Source of the DNA: Polyangiaceae bacterium
GTDB lineage: Bacteria; Myxococcota_A; Polyangia; Polyangiales; Polyangiaceae
Direction: 5' to 3'
Assembly: GCA_965222375.1 (NCBI GenBank)
Contig: CBDCTZ010000015.1
Span: 1,312,001-1,376,000, forward strand
DNA: 64,000 nt
Every line of letters begins with the position of its first letter. Position 1 is the stretch's first letter. This document shows positions 51,979 through 61,703 of the stretch, one piece after another. Under the pieces are notes generated by a model, which was given only the letters and a program-made list of their open reading frames with translations, had not been told where the DNA came from and searched no databases. A program made the position numbers and the translations under genes.

Positions 51979-53463
51979 GTGGGTCTCCTCCTAATCCCGG
52001 GTGCCAAGCTCGACCGCTACGAGTTGGTTTGCCCGATTGCCCAAGGCGGGATGGCACAGGTATGGGTGGCACGCCTCAGTGGTCCACGTGGCTTCGAAAA
52101 GCTGGCGGCCATCAAGATGATCCTGACTCAACACGCGGGAGATCCGCTATTTCAGAGCATGCTGCTGGACGAAGCGCGACTAACAGCTGAAGCGCGCCAC
52201 CCCAATGTGGTGCAGGTCACTGAATTGGGTGAAACCGACGAGCTGATGTACCTCGTCATGGAGTGGGTGCCGGGGTTACCGCTACGGGCGTTGATGACGC
52301 TGGGCGAACGGGAAGACGGTCGGGTGCCGCTGGGTGTTGCACTGCGAATCGTTGCCGACGCCTGCGCCGGGCTCCATCATGCGCACGAGCTGCGCGATGT
52401 GGAGGGCCACCCGTTGGGCGTGGTCCACCGTGATATCTCCCCAACCAATCTGTTGATCAGCGAATCTGGTGCCACCAAGGTGATCGACTTCGGCATCGCC
52501 AAGGCGATGGACCGTGTTGCTGAGCCCACCTCGACAGGAATCATCAAGGGCAAAGTGAGCTACATGGCCCCGGAGCAGGCGGCCGGGCATGCCGTTGACC
52601 GGCGCGCGGATATCTGGGCAATCGGCGTGGTGCTGTACCGTCTGCTCGCGGCGCGGCTGCCCTTCGAAGGGGGAAGAGTCGACACCCTCGGTCTGGTCGC
52701 GCGCGGTACGCCAGCGCCCCCCGTCCCGGATCTCGATCCGCGGCTGCAGGGGATCCTCGACAAGAGCCTCGCACCGAACAAGCGCGAACGCTACGCGACC
52801 GCGGAGCTGATGCAGCATGCCGTGGAGCGAGCGTCCAGCGAACTGTGTGGAGCAACTACCGCCACCGATGTTGCTCGATATCTCAAGCGGGTTGGCGCCA
52901 CACCGCTCGAAGAACGCCGCCGACTGCTGAAAGAAGCGCTCAGCACGATGTCGGGGCGCGTCGCGGCCGACGAAGAAAAGACTGCGGTGTCTCTCGATCC
53001 AAGCGGCGTCGAGGTCGCGCGGACGCCAGACGCGATAGAAACCGACTTCTCGGGAACGGCTGCCCCGAGCTGGCTACGGACATCGCGACCGTGGATGCTC
53101 ATCGCTGTCGCGGCCGTGGTAGTGATCATCGGTGGCATCGTGGCTCTGTCTCGGATGTCTACTACTACCGCTGTCGGCGCAAGTGACGATCCGACGGTTG
53201 GCGAGCCCGCTCTGAGTGCAACCTCTACCCTCACGGTGACCCCAGCGACCTCTGCGCCACAGCCCGCTGTGCCGCACCCCGCAGCCCCTGCCACCAGCGA
53301 CGCTGCAGCCAAGGCGCCGGAGACCGCTACACAATCACCGGCAGGCGGTGGCGGGGTCGCTGCGGCCCCGAACAAGAAGCCATCAACAGCCCGACCGGCA
53401 TCGCCGGCCAAGCGCAACAAGAAGTCCGGTGTGCTAGATCTATTCGGCGATGGTCGTCGATAG
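51979..53463 (+). CDS. Membrane Ser/Thr protein kinase
   Basis: GGMAQVW, AIK, HRDISPTN, DFG, YMAPE; one TM helix. Confidence 0.95.
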   Translation: MGLLLIPGAKLDRYELVCPIAQGGMAQVWVARLSGPRGFEKLAAIKMILTQHAGDPLFQSMLLDEARLTAEARHPNVVQVTELGETDELMYLVMEWVPGLPLRALMTLGEREDGRVPLGVALRIVADACAGLHHAHELRDVEGHPLGVVHRDISPTNLLISESGATKVIDFGIAKAMDRVAEPTSTGIIKGKVSYMAPEQAAGHAVDRRADIWAIGVVLYRLLAARLPFEGGRVDTLGLVARGTPAPPVPDLDPRLQGILDKSLAPNKRERYATAELMQHAVERASSELCGATTATDVARYLKRVGATPLEERRRLLKEALSTMSGRVAADEEKTAVSLDPSGVEVARTPDAIETDFSGTAAPSWLRTSRPWMLIAVAAVVVIIGGIVALSRMSTTTAVGASDDPTVGEPALSATSTLTVTPATSAPQPAVPHPAAPATSDAAAKAPETATQSPAGGGGVAAAPNKKPSTARPASPAKRNKKSGVLDLFGDGRR

Positions 53464-54430
53464 GACCCACTGGCTGCTCGGCATAGCGGCGTTGGCTAGC
53501 GCGGGCGTGGCAGAGGCGGCGCCCACTGCCGTCGCCGCCGCTGAAGCGCTCTATCGCGAAGGGCGGGCGCTGCTTGCCGAACAGAAGTACGACCTGGCCT
53601 GCGCCAAGCTGGCCAAGAGTCAAGAGCTGGATCCCGCGGTCGGCACCCTGGGCCTCTTGGCACTGTGCAACGAATCTCGTGGGCGCACAGCCACGGCCTG
53701 GCAGCAGTACGTGGACGTTGCCGCCCAGGCCAAGTCCGCCGGGCAAGAGGAGCGAGCTAGCGCCGCCGCGGAGCGTGCTCAGGATCTGGAGAGCAAGCTG
53801 TCGCGGCTGAGGGTGGTGGTCCAACAGCCAAGTGATGGGCAGACCGTCACGCTCAACGGCGAACTACTGAAGCGCGCCGCCTGGGACAGCTTCGTGCCGG
53901 TCGACCCAGGCGCCATCAGCGTTCGGTCGTTGGCGCCAGGCAAAGAGCCGTGGCAAGACACGATGTCGCTACCGTCTGCCGGCGGGCGGGTCAGTATTAC
54001 CGTACCGCCGCTCGCAAAACGGAAAGGCGATGGGGCGGTCCTGCAACCGCGGGAATCACCCGCCACTCCAGCGCCGACCCGGCCACCTGCAGCGAGGGAC
54101 ACGGGTGGCGGTTCGCCATGGCTCGCTTGGACCAGTCTCGGTCTAGGTGCAACTGGCCTGATCGTTGGCGGTGTGTTCGCTCTCGATGCGCGAAAGAAGC
54201 GAGACGATTCGGACCCGTTCTGCAACGCGCAGGACATATGCACCCAGGACGGCGTAGATCTGAGGGATGACGCGCTTACCTCGGCACGCATAAGTACAGT
54301 CGCCGTCGGCATCGGTGTCGTCGGGCTAGCGGTGGGCACGGTCCTGCTGCTAACTCAGGACTCCTCACCGCAGGCCCGCCGAGCAGCGCGAGTATCATCG
54401 AGCCGACGTGGCGTCGCCTGGAGGTTCTGA
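53450..54430 (+). CDS. TPR/PEGA-like secreted or membrane protein
   Basis: Signal peptide, AEALYREGR...AC.K...S..LDP TPR, C-terminal hydrophobic helices. Confidence 0.8.
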   Translation: MVVDRTHWLLGIAALASAGVAEAAPTAVAAAEALYREGRALLAEQKYDLACAKLAKSQELDPAVGTLGLLALCNESRGRTATAWQQYVDVAAQAKSAGQEERASAAAERAQDLESKLSRLRVVVQQPSDGQTVTLNGELLKRAAWDSFVPVDPGAISVRSLAPGKEPWQDTMSLPSAGGRVSITVPPLAKRKGDGAVLQPRESPATPAPTRPPAARDTGGGSPWLAWTSLGLGATGLIVGGVFALDARKKRDDSDPFCNAQDICTQDGVDLRDDALTSARISTVAVGIGVVGLAVGTVLLLTQDSSPQARRAARVSSSRRGVAWRF

Positions 54431-54477
54431 GCGGGTACCCGGTGCTGCGCACAGCGCATCCCGGTCACGATCTCGCA

Positions 54478-56661
54478 TCAAGGTGGCAGGCCATTTCTTA
54501 GCAATAGCCAGGCTGACTCCGTCGCTACGAGCACATCGTCCCGGCAGTTGCCAGTTATGTCGCGGGCGAAGACGCGCAAAGGCTCGCCGGCGACCGTGAA
54601 CTCTCCGGGCTGCTGCGCCAGCTGCGTGCCTTCGCCGACGTACACTCGCACGACTGATGGATCCCCGGCAAACGCGACGACCAGATCCAGCGACCCGTCG
54701 TAGTCGAGGTCGGCCAAGGCGATCGAGCGCGCGGACGGTGCCAATTGGATTGGGGGCGCCACATTCAACCGGCCGGTACCGTCGCCGAGCAGCGGGTGCG
54801 CCTTGCTCGAGGTTGTGTCGAGTACCACGATGTCTGCGTGGCCGTCGTTGTCGAGGTCACCGACGGCTGGAGAGGCGAGCGTGCCGCCTAGGTCGAGCGC
54901 AGCGGTAACTACATACGGAGCGTCGCTCTGAGCGGTCGCCCGAGCAAGCGCCAGCTGACCACCACCGACCGCGATCAGGTCATCTAGCGCGGGATGGGTG
55001 ACTCGGCGCGCCACCAGTTCACTGATCGGCACGCCGGTGGCTATCGAGGTGGCTGGGGCAAGGCTCGCGTTTGCGCCGCGCAAGCGAACCCGCAATTCGC
55101 CCGATGCCAGACCGAGCGCCAGATCTTGTGTGTCGCCACCGAGCTGTGCTCGGGCGATTGCCAAAGCGCTGATCGTCGCCTCCGAGGATATCTCTGCCAC
55201 GGACGTGAAATGATCGGCACTGGTCTCCTGGAGCCGCAGCGCCGCGCCCACCTTGGCGGTGTAGAGCTCTTTCGGCTTGTTTGGGGGAGAGTACAGCGCC
55301 AAGTCACGGGCTAAGCCATCCACTGCGTAGCTAGTGAAGGCCAGCTCGGTCTGGTCAGAAACGGGCTCGAATACGCTGAGACGACCGCGCTTATTGATGA
55401 GGAACCAGCGCAAGCTTTCTGAGTCGACCAACGCTGCGTCCCCATCGCCGCCCGGTCCGATCAATTCGACGACGAAAGACGAAGCGTTGACGTCGCTAGG
55501 CGATGCGGTCATTACGAGCTGTCGCGATGCTGACGTTGCCACGATCTCTTCACCAGTGAGATCGTCGAAACCAGCCACCAGACAGTGGCCCCAGCTCTCG
55601 CTGCTGACCGCGCGAGCAACTGTCAGCCCGGTGCTGCCCAACGCGATCTGCACTCCCTCTTCGCCACAGGCGACCAGATCCAGCGAGGCATCGCCATCAA
55701 GCATTCCGACAGCCACATCCTTGGCGGCGAAACCAGCCAGCGCCGTTGTTCGTGATGCCCAGTCCGCGAGCTGCCCCGAGCCGTCGCCGGCGAGTATGGC
55801 CACGCCAGCGGCATGGGACAGCGCAACGTCTTCCGCAGCATCGCCAACCAGAGCGCCCACCGCAATCCCAGTAACAGCGGTGGCAACGGCCTGCGGGCTA
55901 GCCGAGGTCACCTGGAGCGCACCATCCCCTACTCCGCTCACTACGCTGAGCACGGCCGATTGTTGTCCCGGTGCCACCGCCACGACGTCGACACCCGGCG
56001 CAGCCAATTGGCCGGCGGCCAGGAGCTCGGGCCGATGCTCTAGCGCCACGCTCTCTTCAATGGAGCCCGCCGCGCCTCCCCCAGAACGAAACACTGCCAA
56101 ACGATCGGCAGCTTCACCGATGATCCAGTCGGCTTTGCCGTCCTCGTCGATATCGACCACCAACAGCGCGGTCGCCTCTGCCAAGACGCTGCCCGTAATC
56201 ACTTCGGTCAGAGTTCCATCGGGCTCCGGGGTCATCACACTGAAACCGCCGCCTTCCCGAACGACCACCAGGTCCAGGGCGCCGTCCCCGTCCACATCAC
56301 CGGTGGCGGCGCCCACCACTCGGACTGCCTGCTGAGTGATCCGAGTGCGCCAGATGGACTGGTCTGCGGCTTTGCTCCACGTCGCAATCTGACTGCTGCC
56401 GAAGGTGGCGAATCGAGCAGCGTTTCCAGTAGCCAAGGATCCGAGCCAGGCAACGCCCCGCGGAGATGGTGCGAAGTCGAAGGTCTGCACAGTCGGAGAG
56501 AATGGGGCGACCACCGGCGGCCCCCCACACGCCTGGCCGCCCGCGCCGGATGGATTGCCCAGGGTCCCGGGTCGGATATCCAGAACCTTTTCACAACCCG
56601 GCGCGACCAGCAGCACCATCAGCACCGCCTCGAAGGCCAAACTACGTCGAGGGCGCGCCAT
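54478..56661 (-). CDS. FG-GAP repeat lipoprotein
   Basis: APGC lipobox; GDVDGDGALDLVV, GDLDNDGHADIV, ADLDYDG repeats. Confidence 0.85.
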   Translation of the reverse strand: MARPRRSLAFEAVLMVLLVAPGCEKVLDIRPGTLGNPSGAGGQACGGPPVVAPFSPTVQTFDFAPSPRGVAWLGSLATGNAARFATFGSSQIATWSKAADQSIWRTRITQQAVRVVGAATGDVDGDGALDLVVVREGGGFSVMTPEPDGTLTEVITGSVLAEATALLVVDIDEDGKADWIIGEAADRLAVFRSGGGAAGSIEESVALEHRPELLAAGQLAAPGVDVVAVAPGQQSAVLSVVSGVGDGALQVTSASPQAVATAVTGIAVGALVGDAAEDVALSHAAGVAILAGDGSGQLADWASRTTALAGFAAKDVAVGMLDGDASLDLVACGEEGVQIALGSTGLTVARAVSSESWGHCLVAGFDDLTGEEIVATSASRQLVMTASPSDVNASSFVVELIGPGGDGDAALVDSESLRWFLINKRGRLSVFEPVSDQTELAFTSYAVDGLARDLALYSPPNKPKELYTAKVGAALRLQETSADHFTSVAEISSEATISALAIARAQLGGDTQDLALGLASGELRVRLRGANASLAPATSIATGVPISELVARRVTHPALDDLIAVGGGQLALARATAQSDAPYVVTAALDLGGTLASPAVGDLDNDGHADIVVLDTTSSKAHPLLGDGTGRLNVAPPIQLAPSARSIALADLDYDGSLDLVVAFAGDPSVVRVYVGEGTQLAQQPGEFTVAGEPLRVFARDITGNCRDDVLVATESAWLLLRNGLPP

Positions 56662-56686
56662 CCACGGAACTATAGCCAACGAACCC

Positions 56687-57688
56687 CTACTTCCCGACCG
56701 GCCTGACCAGATACGGGTCGATCGGACCTGGATTCTTCAGCACCACGACGTTGCGCAGCCAGATGTCCAGGGCCGGGCCGGTTGTGCGGGCGGAATTCGG
56801 AGCAAAACGGAAGTGCGCCACCCAAAGTGATTTTTTCGACTGCGCATTCCAGGGCAGCCGCAAAGACAGGTCGTCAACGACCAACGTCGCGTCGCGGGTC
56901 TCGTCGGCGAGCCAGGCGCTGACCTTGCTTTTCGGCTCGTCGAGGGGAGAGTTTTCGGTGAACCGCAGCCAATGGCGGATCCAGACTTCGGTTCTGAGCG
57001 GAAACGAACCAAACGATACTGGGGTGAGCGGCTCTGCTTTCACTATGCCCGGGCCAGCGTAGGTCTGGTCAAGCACAACCCACTCACTAGCGAACTCTGG
57101 CGGGAGGTACGTACCCTTGAACCCGAGGTCCTGGTTCCAAAACCCCTTGCCGCCAACCCCCGGATCGTTAGCCCAGAGACGCACGAACTTGGCGGAGGTA
57201 GCCGACGAGGAGCCGGAGCTCAGAGAGGTGAACGTATCACTGTAGCGCACGTCCCAAATGATCAGCCACTCGGTGTTCCCAGTTGGTTGGTCGGATTCCA
57301 CGGGAACATAGAGCTGCGATGGGTCTGGCAAGTTACTTTCATTTGCGGGGATGTGCAGGCGCGCGGCGTCCTGCTCGGCATCGTAGGTAACGCCCGTGTT
57401 GGGTGGGTTGGTCGTCACCATATCGATCTGCTCTTGGGAGCGAAGCGCTGACGTCCGATGAGCGATGGGGAGCAGCGCCTCGAAAAAGGCATTGCCGCTG
57501 GCGGCCGCCGCCTCCGAACCCACCGCGCTGTCGGGAATCGGCGCTGCGTCAGCGCCTGGGGCTCCGGAGGCACCGGCTGCGCCGCCCGGCGAACCCGTGG
57601 GCGACTCGGCAGCGCATGCCCAAGCCGATGCACCGGCTAGGAGCAGTGAAAGGAATAGTGTCGCTGGCTTGCGTGCAAAGTCCGGCAT
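56687..57688 (-). CDS. Hypothetical lipoprotein, paralog of 60590-61696
   Basis: AWAC lipobox; FEAL...AHR..ALRSQ..+D and RN.+VLKNP shared with the paralog. Confidence 0.75.
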   Translation of the reverse strand: MPDFARKPATLFLSLLLAGASAWACAAESPTGSPGGAAGASGAPGADAAPIPDSAVGSEAAAASGNAFFEALLPIAHRTSALRSQEQIDMVTTNPPNTGVTYDAEQDAARLHIPANESNLPDPSQLYVPVESDQPTGNTEWLIIWDVRYSDTFTSLSSGSSSATSAKFVRLWANDPGVGGKGFWNQDLGFKGTYLPPEFASEWVVLDQTYAGPGIVKAEPLTPVSFGSFPLRTEVWIRHWLRFTENSPLDEPKSKVSAWLADETRDATLVVDDLSLRLPWNAQSKKSLWVAHFRFAPNSARTTGPALDIWLRNVVVLKNPGPIDPYLVRPVGK

Positions 57689-57783
57689 CAGTGCTCTTCC
57701 TTTCATCCGAGAATACCCAGCAACATAGCACTTCGGAATACCGGAGCGGATCGCATCGGCGAAGTTTGTTGATGGATGACTCA

Positions 57784-57808
57784 GCAAGGGTTGCCGGCAA
57801 GACTTGCC
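57784..57808. promoter_or_regulatory. Tandem palindromic site 1
   Basis: GCAAGGGTTGC-CG-GCAAGACTTGC. Confidence 0.5.
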
Positions 57809-58093
57809 CGAGAGGTCCATCGGGAAGCTCGCCTGTCTCGCGCGGACGGTGTGGCGACGATGGTCCGGCTCCCGCTCCGAGCGTAGTAACGGGCAACGGC
57901 GACTTTCGCACGGCAGCGCCGCGATGCTGCTCGTCGGGCTGGCGGTCGTTTCGTTTGGTTGCGACGACGGCATGTGGAGACGCGAGTCCACACGCTGGAC
58001 GGTGGAGCCTGATGCGCGTCCCCCGAACAAGGCGAAGTTCACCGGAAAGACCGATGCTGCCGCGGTCGCACGCTAGTGCAAGAAGCTCCGCGG

Positions 58094-58118
58094 GCAAGAG
58101 TTGCCGGCAAAGCTTGCC
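58094..58118. promoter_or_regulatory. Tandem palindromic site 2
   Basis: GCAAGAGTTGC-CG-GCAAAGCTTGC. Confidence 0.5.
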
Positions 58119-58270
58119 CCAGACGAACCTCGTCCGTGGCAAACACCACGCAGAGCACGGTTACCTACATTGGCGTACATCGTGCAAACGGACTCTGTAT
58201 GACAACTTCCCACCTACGACGTTTGCTACCGGACGAGCGGGCAGTCGACGCTGTGCGCGTCGGTTGCCAC

Positions 58271-59353
58271 ATGATGCGGGGTCTGCTCGCGCCCCTCGCA
58301 TTGCTGCTCCTCTCCACCGCCTGCGGTGAGCCGGAACAGGATTCACCCACCCGAGCCAGTGGCTGCGAGGCTCGCCTCGACGAAATCGCCGCATGCGTAG
58401 GCGGGGGCGAGTGTGACGTTGCAGCCTACGAGTCGGTGTTGGCGGATTGCCATGCGTCCAGCAGCAGCCTGGTGGACAAGCAAGCTGCCGGGAAAGCTGA
58501 TCACATCGGACCGCGCAATGGGCACAAGGTGTTGGTGGTTGTTTCGGCGGCCCAGTGGCTCGAGGTCCACGACGCACACACGGGCTCCGAGGAGACCTTT
58601 CCAACCGGCTATTTTCTCCGCGAGCTTTCCGACCCACTCGCAGCGATGTTGGCTGCTGGCTATTCTGTCGACTACGCCACCGTCGAAGGCAAAGTGCCAG
58701 TGCAGGACCAGCAAGGCAACCGCAGTGCTTGGTTCAGGTGGCCGCCGTCTCATGCCTTTTCCGCAACGTCACGGCGTGATCGGGCGTTGGAGCTAGTCAA
58801 CAACGAGCCGGGTCTCGCAGCGCCAATAGCACTGTCGGAGCTGGGCGAAGAGCAGCTGGACGGCTACGTCGGAGTTTATGTGCCGGGAGGCCATGCTCCG
58901 ATGATGGATCTCGTCAATCACCCCGAGATGGGGCGAGTGTTGAGACACTTCCACGAAAACAAGAAACCCACCGGCCTGATCTGCCATGCCCCCATCGCAA
59001 TGCTGTCGACCCACCCCGACGCTGCGGGACTGAGTGTGCAAGAAATCGCCACCGCTCGATTCCCAACCCGAAACCAATGGATCTACGCCGACTATCGGGT
59101 CACGGCGGCAAGTGACCTCTCCGAGTGGTTCTTGGAGCGGTTTGGTTACATTGCTGGATTGCGGGTACCATACTACGTTGCTGGCACGCTCGAAGCGGCC
59201 GGCGCCGAACTCGACCAGAATCCCATTCCGGGCGGTCCCAAAGTCGTGCGTGACCGCGAGTTGGTCACGGGCCAAAACCCGTTTTCCTCCTTGGAAATGG
59301 GAGACGTCTTCACTGCGGCGTTGAACGAGTACGTCAGTCAGGGGGGGTCATGA
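58271..59353 (+). CDS. DJ-1/PfpI (type 1 glutamine amidotransferase-like) lipoprotein
   Basis: LSTAC lipobox; TGYF..E, PGGHAPM.DL, ICHAP, LVTGQNP.S. Confidence 0.88.
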   Translation: MMRGLLAPLALLLLSTACGEPEQDSPTRASGCEARLDEIAACVGGGECDVAAYESVLADCHASSSSLVDKQAAGKADHIGPRNGHKVLVVVSAAQWLEVHDAHTGSEETFPTGYFLRELSDPLAAMLAAGYSVDYATVEGKVPVQDQQGNRSAWFRWPPSHAFSATSRRDRALELVNNEPGLAAPIALSELGEEQLDGYVGVYVPGGHAPMMDLVNHPEMGRVLRHFHENKKPTGLICHAPIAMLSTHPDAAGLSVQEIATARFPTRNQWIYADYRVTAASDLSEWFLERFGYIAGLRVPYYVAGTLEAAGAELDQNPIPGGPKVVRDRELVTGQNPFSSLEMGDVFTAALNEYVSQGGS

Positions 59354-60210
59354 GTTCGTTGCGGCGCTACCATCTGCTAGCCGCACTGGCGTTGGCGCCT
59401 TTCGGATGTGCGAGTGAGGCTGATGGCCCGCGCGATGAAGCGGGCTTGCAATGCGTCAGCGGGGAGCAGCGGCAGTGCGCCTGTCCGGGCGGGACCCTGG
59501 GAGCGCAGAAATGCAACTCTGACGGCAGGAGCTTTGGCCCATGCTTGGGTTGCGGCGGCGGGCTCGGGGGCGGTGGCGCCAGCACTGGCTGGCCCGGAGG
59601 AAATGCGGGCGCTGGCGGGGCCACGCCAGGGGGAGGCGCTGGCGGCAGCGGCGGAGCGGCTGGTGGCGGCGGTGCACCCAGCAATAGTGGCGGAGCGTCC
59701 GGCAGCGGCGGCGCATCCGGCAACAGCGGCGGAACGTCCGGCAGCGGTGGCGCATCCGGTAATAGCGGCGGAGCGTCCGGCAGCGGTGGCGGAGGAGCCG
59801 TTGCTGGCGCGCCGAGCAAGCCACCGCAAGCGAAGTGGCCGGATCCGGCGCCCAACGCCTACAGTGTGGTTCAGAAGACCGCGGCCGATCACCCGCAGCT
59901 TCTCGCTCAGTCGTGTGTCGATACTGGCGGCAGCAACGCTTTCCTCTTCGAGGTCGTGCGCCGGTTGCGCAAGCTAGACGATCGCTGGGGCCTGAATTGG
60001 AAGCGGGGCAAGGTGGGGGACCTGTCTCAGGACGTCGTCGACTACCACTGGGGTAGCGGCGTGAGCGAGGGAAGCACCGAAGTGTACATCATCGACGTCA
60101 TCACCGGACATTGTGGCAATAGTCCCAAGCCCGGCTGGGTGGACGTGACCCAGGCGACCCTCGACAAGAACGAGATCGGTCGCTGGACCCTCGCCAATCA
60201 GAAGCTGTGA
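59350..60210 (+). CDS. Lipoprotein: Cys motif, Gly linker, C-terminal domain of unknown function
   Basis: PFGC lipobox; C..G.Q..C.C; RWGLNWKRG...SQDVV...IIDVI; ATGA overlap with the upstream gene. Confidence 0.8.
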   Translation: MSSLRRYHLLAALALAPFGCASEADGPRDEAGLQCVSGEQRQCACPGGTLGAQKCNSDGRSFGPCLGCGGGLGGGGASTGWPGGNAGAGGATPGGGAGGSGGAAGGGGAPSNSGGASGSGGASGNSGGTSGSGGASGNSGGASGSGGGGAVAGAPSKPPQAKWPDPAPNAYSVVQKTAADHPQLLAQSCVDTGGSNAFLFEVVRRLRKLDDRWGLNWKRGKVGDLSQDVVDYHWGSGVSEGSTEVYIIDVITGHCGNSPKPGWVDVTQATLDKNEIGRWTLANQKL

Positions 60211-60373
60211 GCAGTTCAGCATCCCGGCACGACGTCCGCCGGACATCGCGTCACCCATACCGCGCCAAGACCTAGCTGACACTTGCCGTCTGGGGCAGCG
60301 GGTGGAACCAGCGGCGGTCCCAGCTCAAGGTTGGCACGGCGGAGGGAAGGTTCCTTCTCTGCGAGTCCACGCA

Positions 60374-60399
60374 GCAATTTGTTGCTGGCAATTCTTGCC
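60374..60399. promoter_or_regulatory. Tandem palindromic site 3
   Basis: GCAATTTGTTGC-TG-GCAATTCTTGC. Confidence 0.45.
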
Positions 60400-60539
60400 G
60401 AAGCGGCGCCGCCCTCACCTTGCTGACACCGACAAGTTCGGTCTCTCGGTGCCGTCACGCGACGCGCAACCAGCACAAGTGGATCGACCAGCGGCCAGCT
60501 TGTGGACAAAGACCGCGAGCAGCGGCTCGAACCACCTGA

Positions 60540-60555
60540 CGGCATGAGGTTTGCT
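60540..60555 (+). promoter_or_regulatory. Putative sigma54 promoter
   Basis: CGGCATGAGGTTTGCT, followed by GGAGG and ATG 60590. Confidence 0.55.
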
Positions 60556-60589
60556 TTTTCTGTGAACGCACGCGCATGGAGGTCCACCA

Positions 60590-61696
60590 ATGTCTTTGAA
60601 GTTTCGTATCCTGCTGCCGCTGGCTCTGTGTTCCCTTCTCGCGTGTTCCGCGGAAGACAGCGGCCCCACTGGCGCCGGCAGCGGCGCTGCGGCGGGGGGC
60701 GCCGGGGGCGCTGCCGCGGGAGGTACTGCGGCGGCGGGCACGTCAGGCGCCGCGGGTATCGGAGGCGCGCCGGGTGGCGGAGGGAGCACCAGCGGACCCG
60801 GCCCGGACAGCGAACACACGTTCCCGCTGCCCCCAGCAACGGGCAAACATCCGGTATTCGAGGCGTTGGCCCCGACGGCCCATCGTGCCCACGCCCTGCG
60901 CAGCCAGCCCGAGCTCGACGGCCGCAGCATGGGCAATGCCAAACGACACGCGGCAGACTGGGTCCCAAATCCGAACGTGCTGTACGAGTCCGACATCGAC
61001 GCCGCCGTCATGTACTCTCGCGTTGGCTCCGACGGCGTGCCGTTGATTCAGCAGCTCAAGATCCCGGTCCGGATTGAAAAGCCCACCGGCGGCCAGGTTT
61101 GGATCATCGCCTACGACTTGTGGCTCGGGCCCGAGATATCGACGATCTACCGAGACGTTCTCAAAGAGAATGGTGGAACCAAGTTCTTCCACGTTCGAGG
61201 CAGCGACGGAACCTATGGCGACTACAAGGATGGGATTTGGAAGACCCACCTCAACATCCGCGTGAAAGACCCTGGGCCCGACATCGGCTTCGCTTCGATG
61301 CAGATGTCAAGGGAGCATGTTGGCGACAACGTCACCAACGTCGAGCCGCTGCAGCCGGCAGCGTGGACGACGCACCGGCTGATTCCGGGTGTGTGGCACA
61401 GATTCGTCTACCGCTACACGGAACAGCTACCGGTAGATGATGCCGTGAGCCTGTTCGACTGCTGGCTCGTCGACGAAAGCCGACCTGCAACCCAGGTGCA
61501 CCAGGGCTTGAAGGTCCGCATGCCCTGGTCGGAAGCTCGCCAGCAGGGCGCCCGCTATGCACAGGTGCTGCAAGCCTGGAAAACGACGATGCCGCAAGAG
61601 CTGCGGGTGGCGCTCCGTAACATGTTGGTCCTCAAGAACCCATCCCAGGCGGACCTCGACTTGCTGCTCTCCGGGGGCTTTGGGCCCAAGCAGTAG
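60590..61696 (+). CDS. Hypothetical lipoprotein, paralog of 56687-57688
   Basis: LLAC lipobox, Gly linker, shared motifs with the paralog. Confidence 0.8.
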   Translation: MSLKFRILLPLALCSLLACSAEDSGPTGAGSGAAAGGAGGAAAGGTAAAGTSGAAGIGGAPGGGGSTSGPGPDSEHTFPLPPATGKHPVFEALAPTAHRAHALRSQPELDGRSMGNAKRHAADWVPNPNVLYESDIDAAVMYSRVGSDGVPLIQQLKIPVRIEKPTGGQVWIIAYDLWLGPEISTIYRDVLKENGGTKFFHVRGSDGTYGDYKDGIWKTHLNIRVKDPGPDIGFASMQMSREHVGDNVTNVEPLQPAAWTTHRLIPGVWHRFVYRYTEQLPVDDAVSLFDCWLVDESRPATQVHQGLKVRMPWSEARQQGARYAQVLQAWKTTMPQELRVALRNMLVLKNPSQADLDLLLSGGFGPKQ

Positions 61697-61703
61697 GCGG
61701 AGA

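Noticed and set aside
59686..59790. 30-bp tandem repeats (and 27-bp repeats near 13170)
   Set aside because: They encode ordinary Gly/Ser linkers within lipoproteins.
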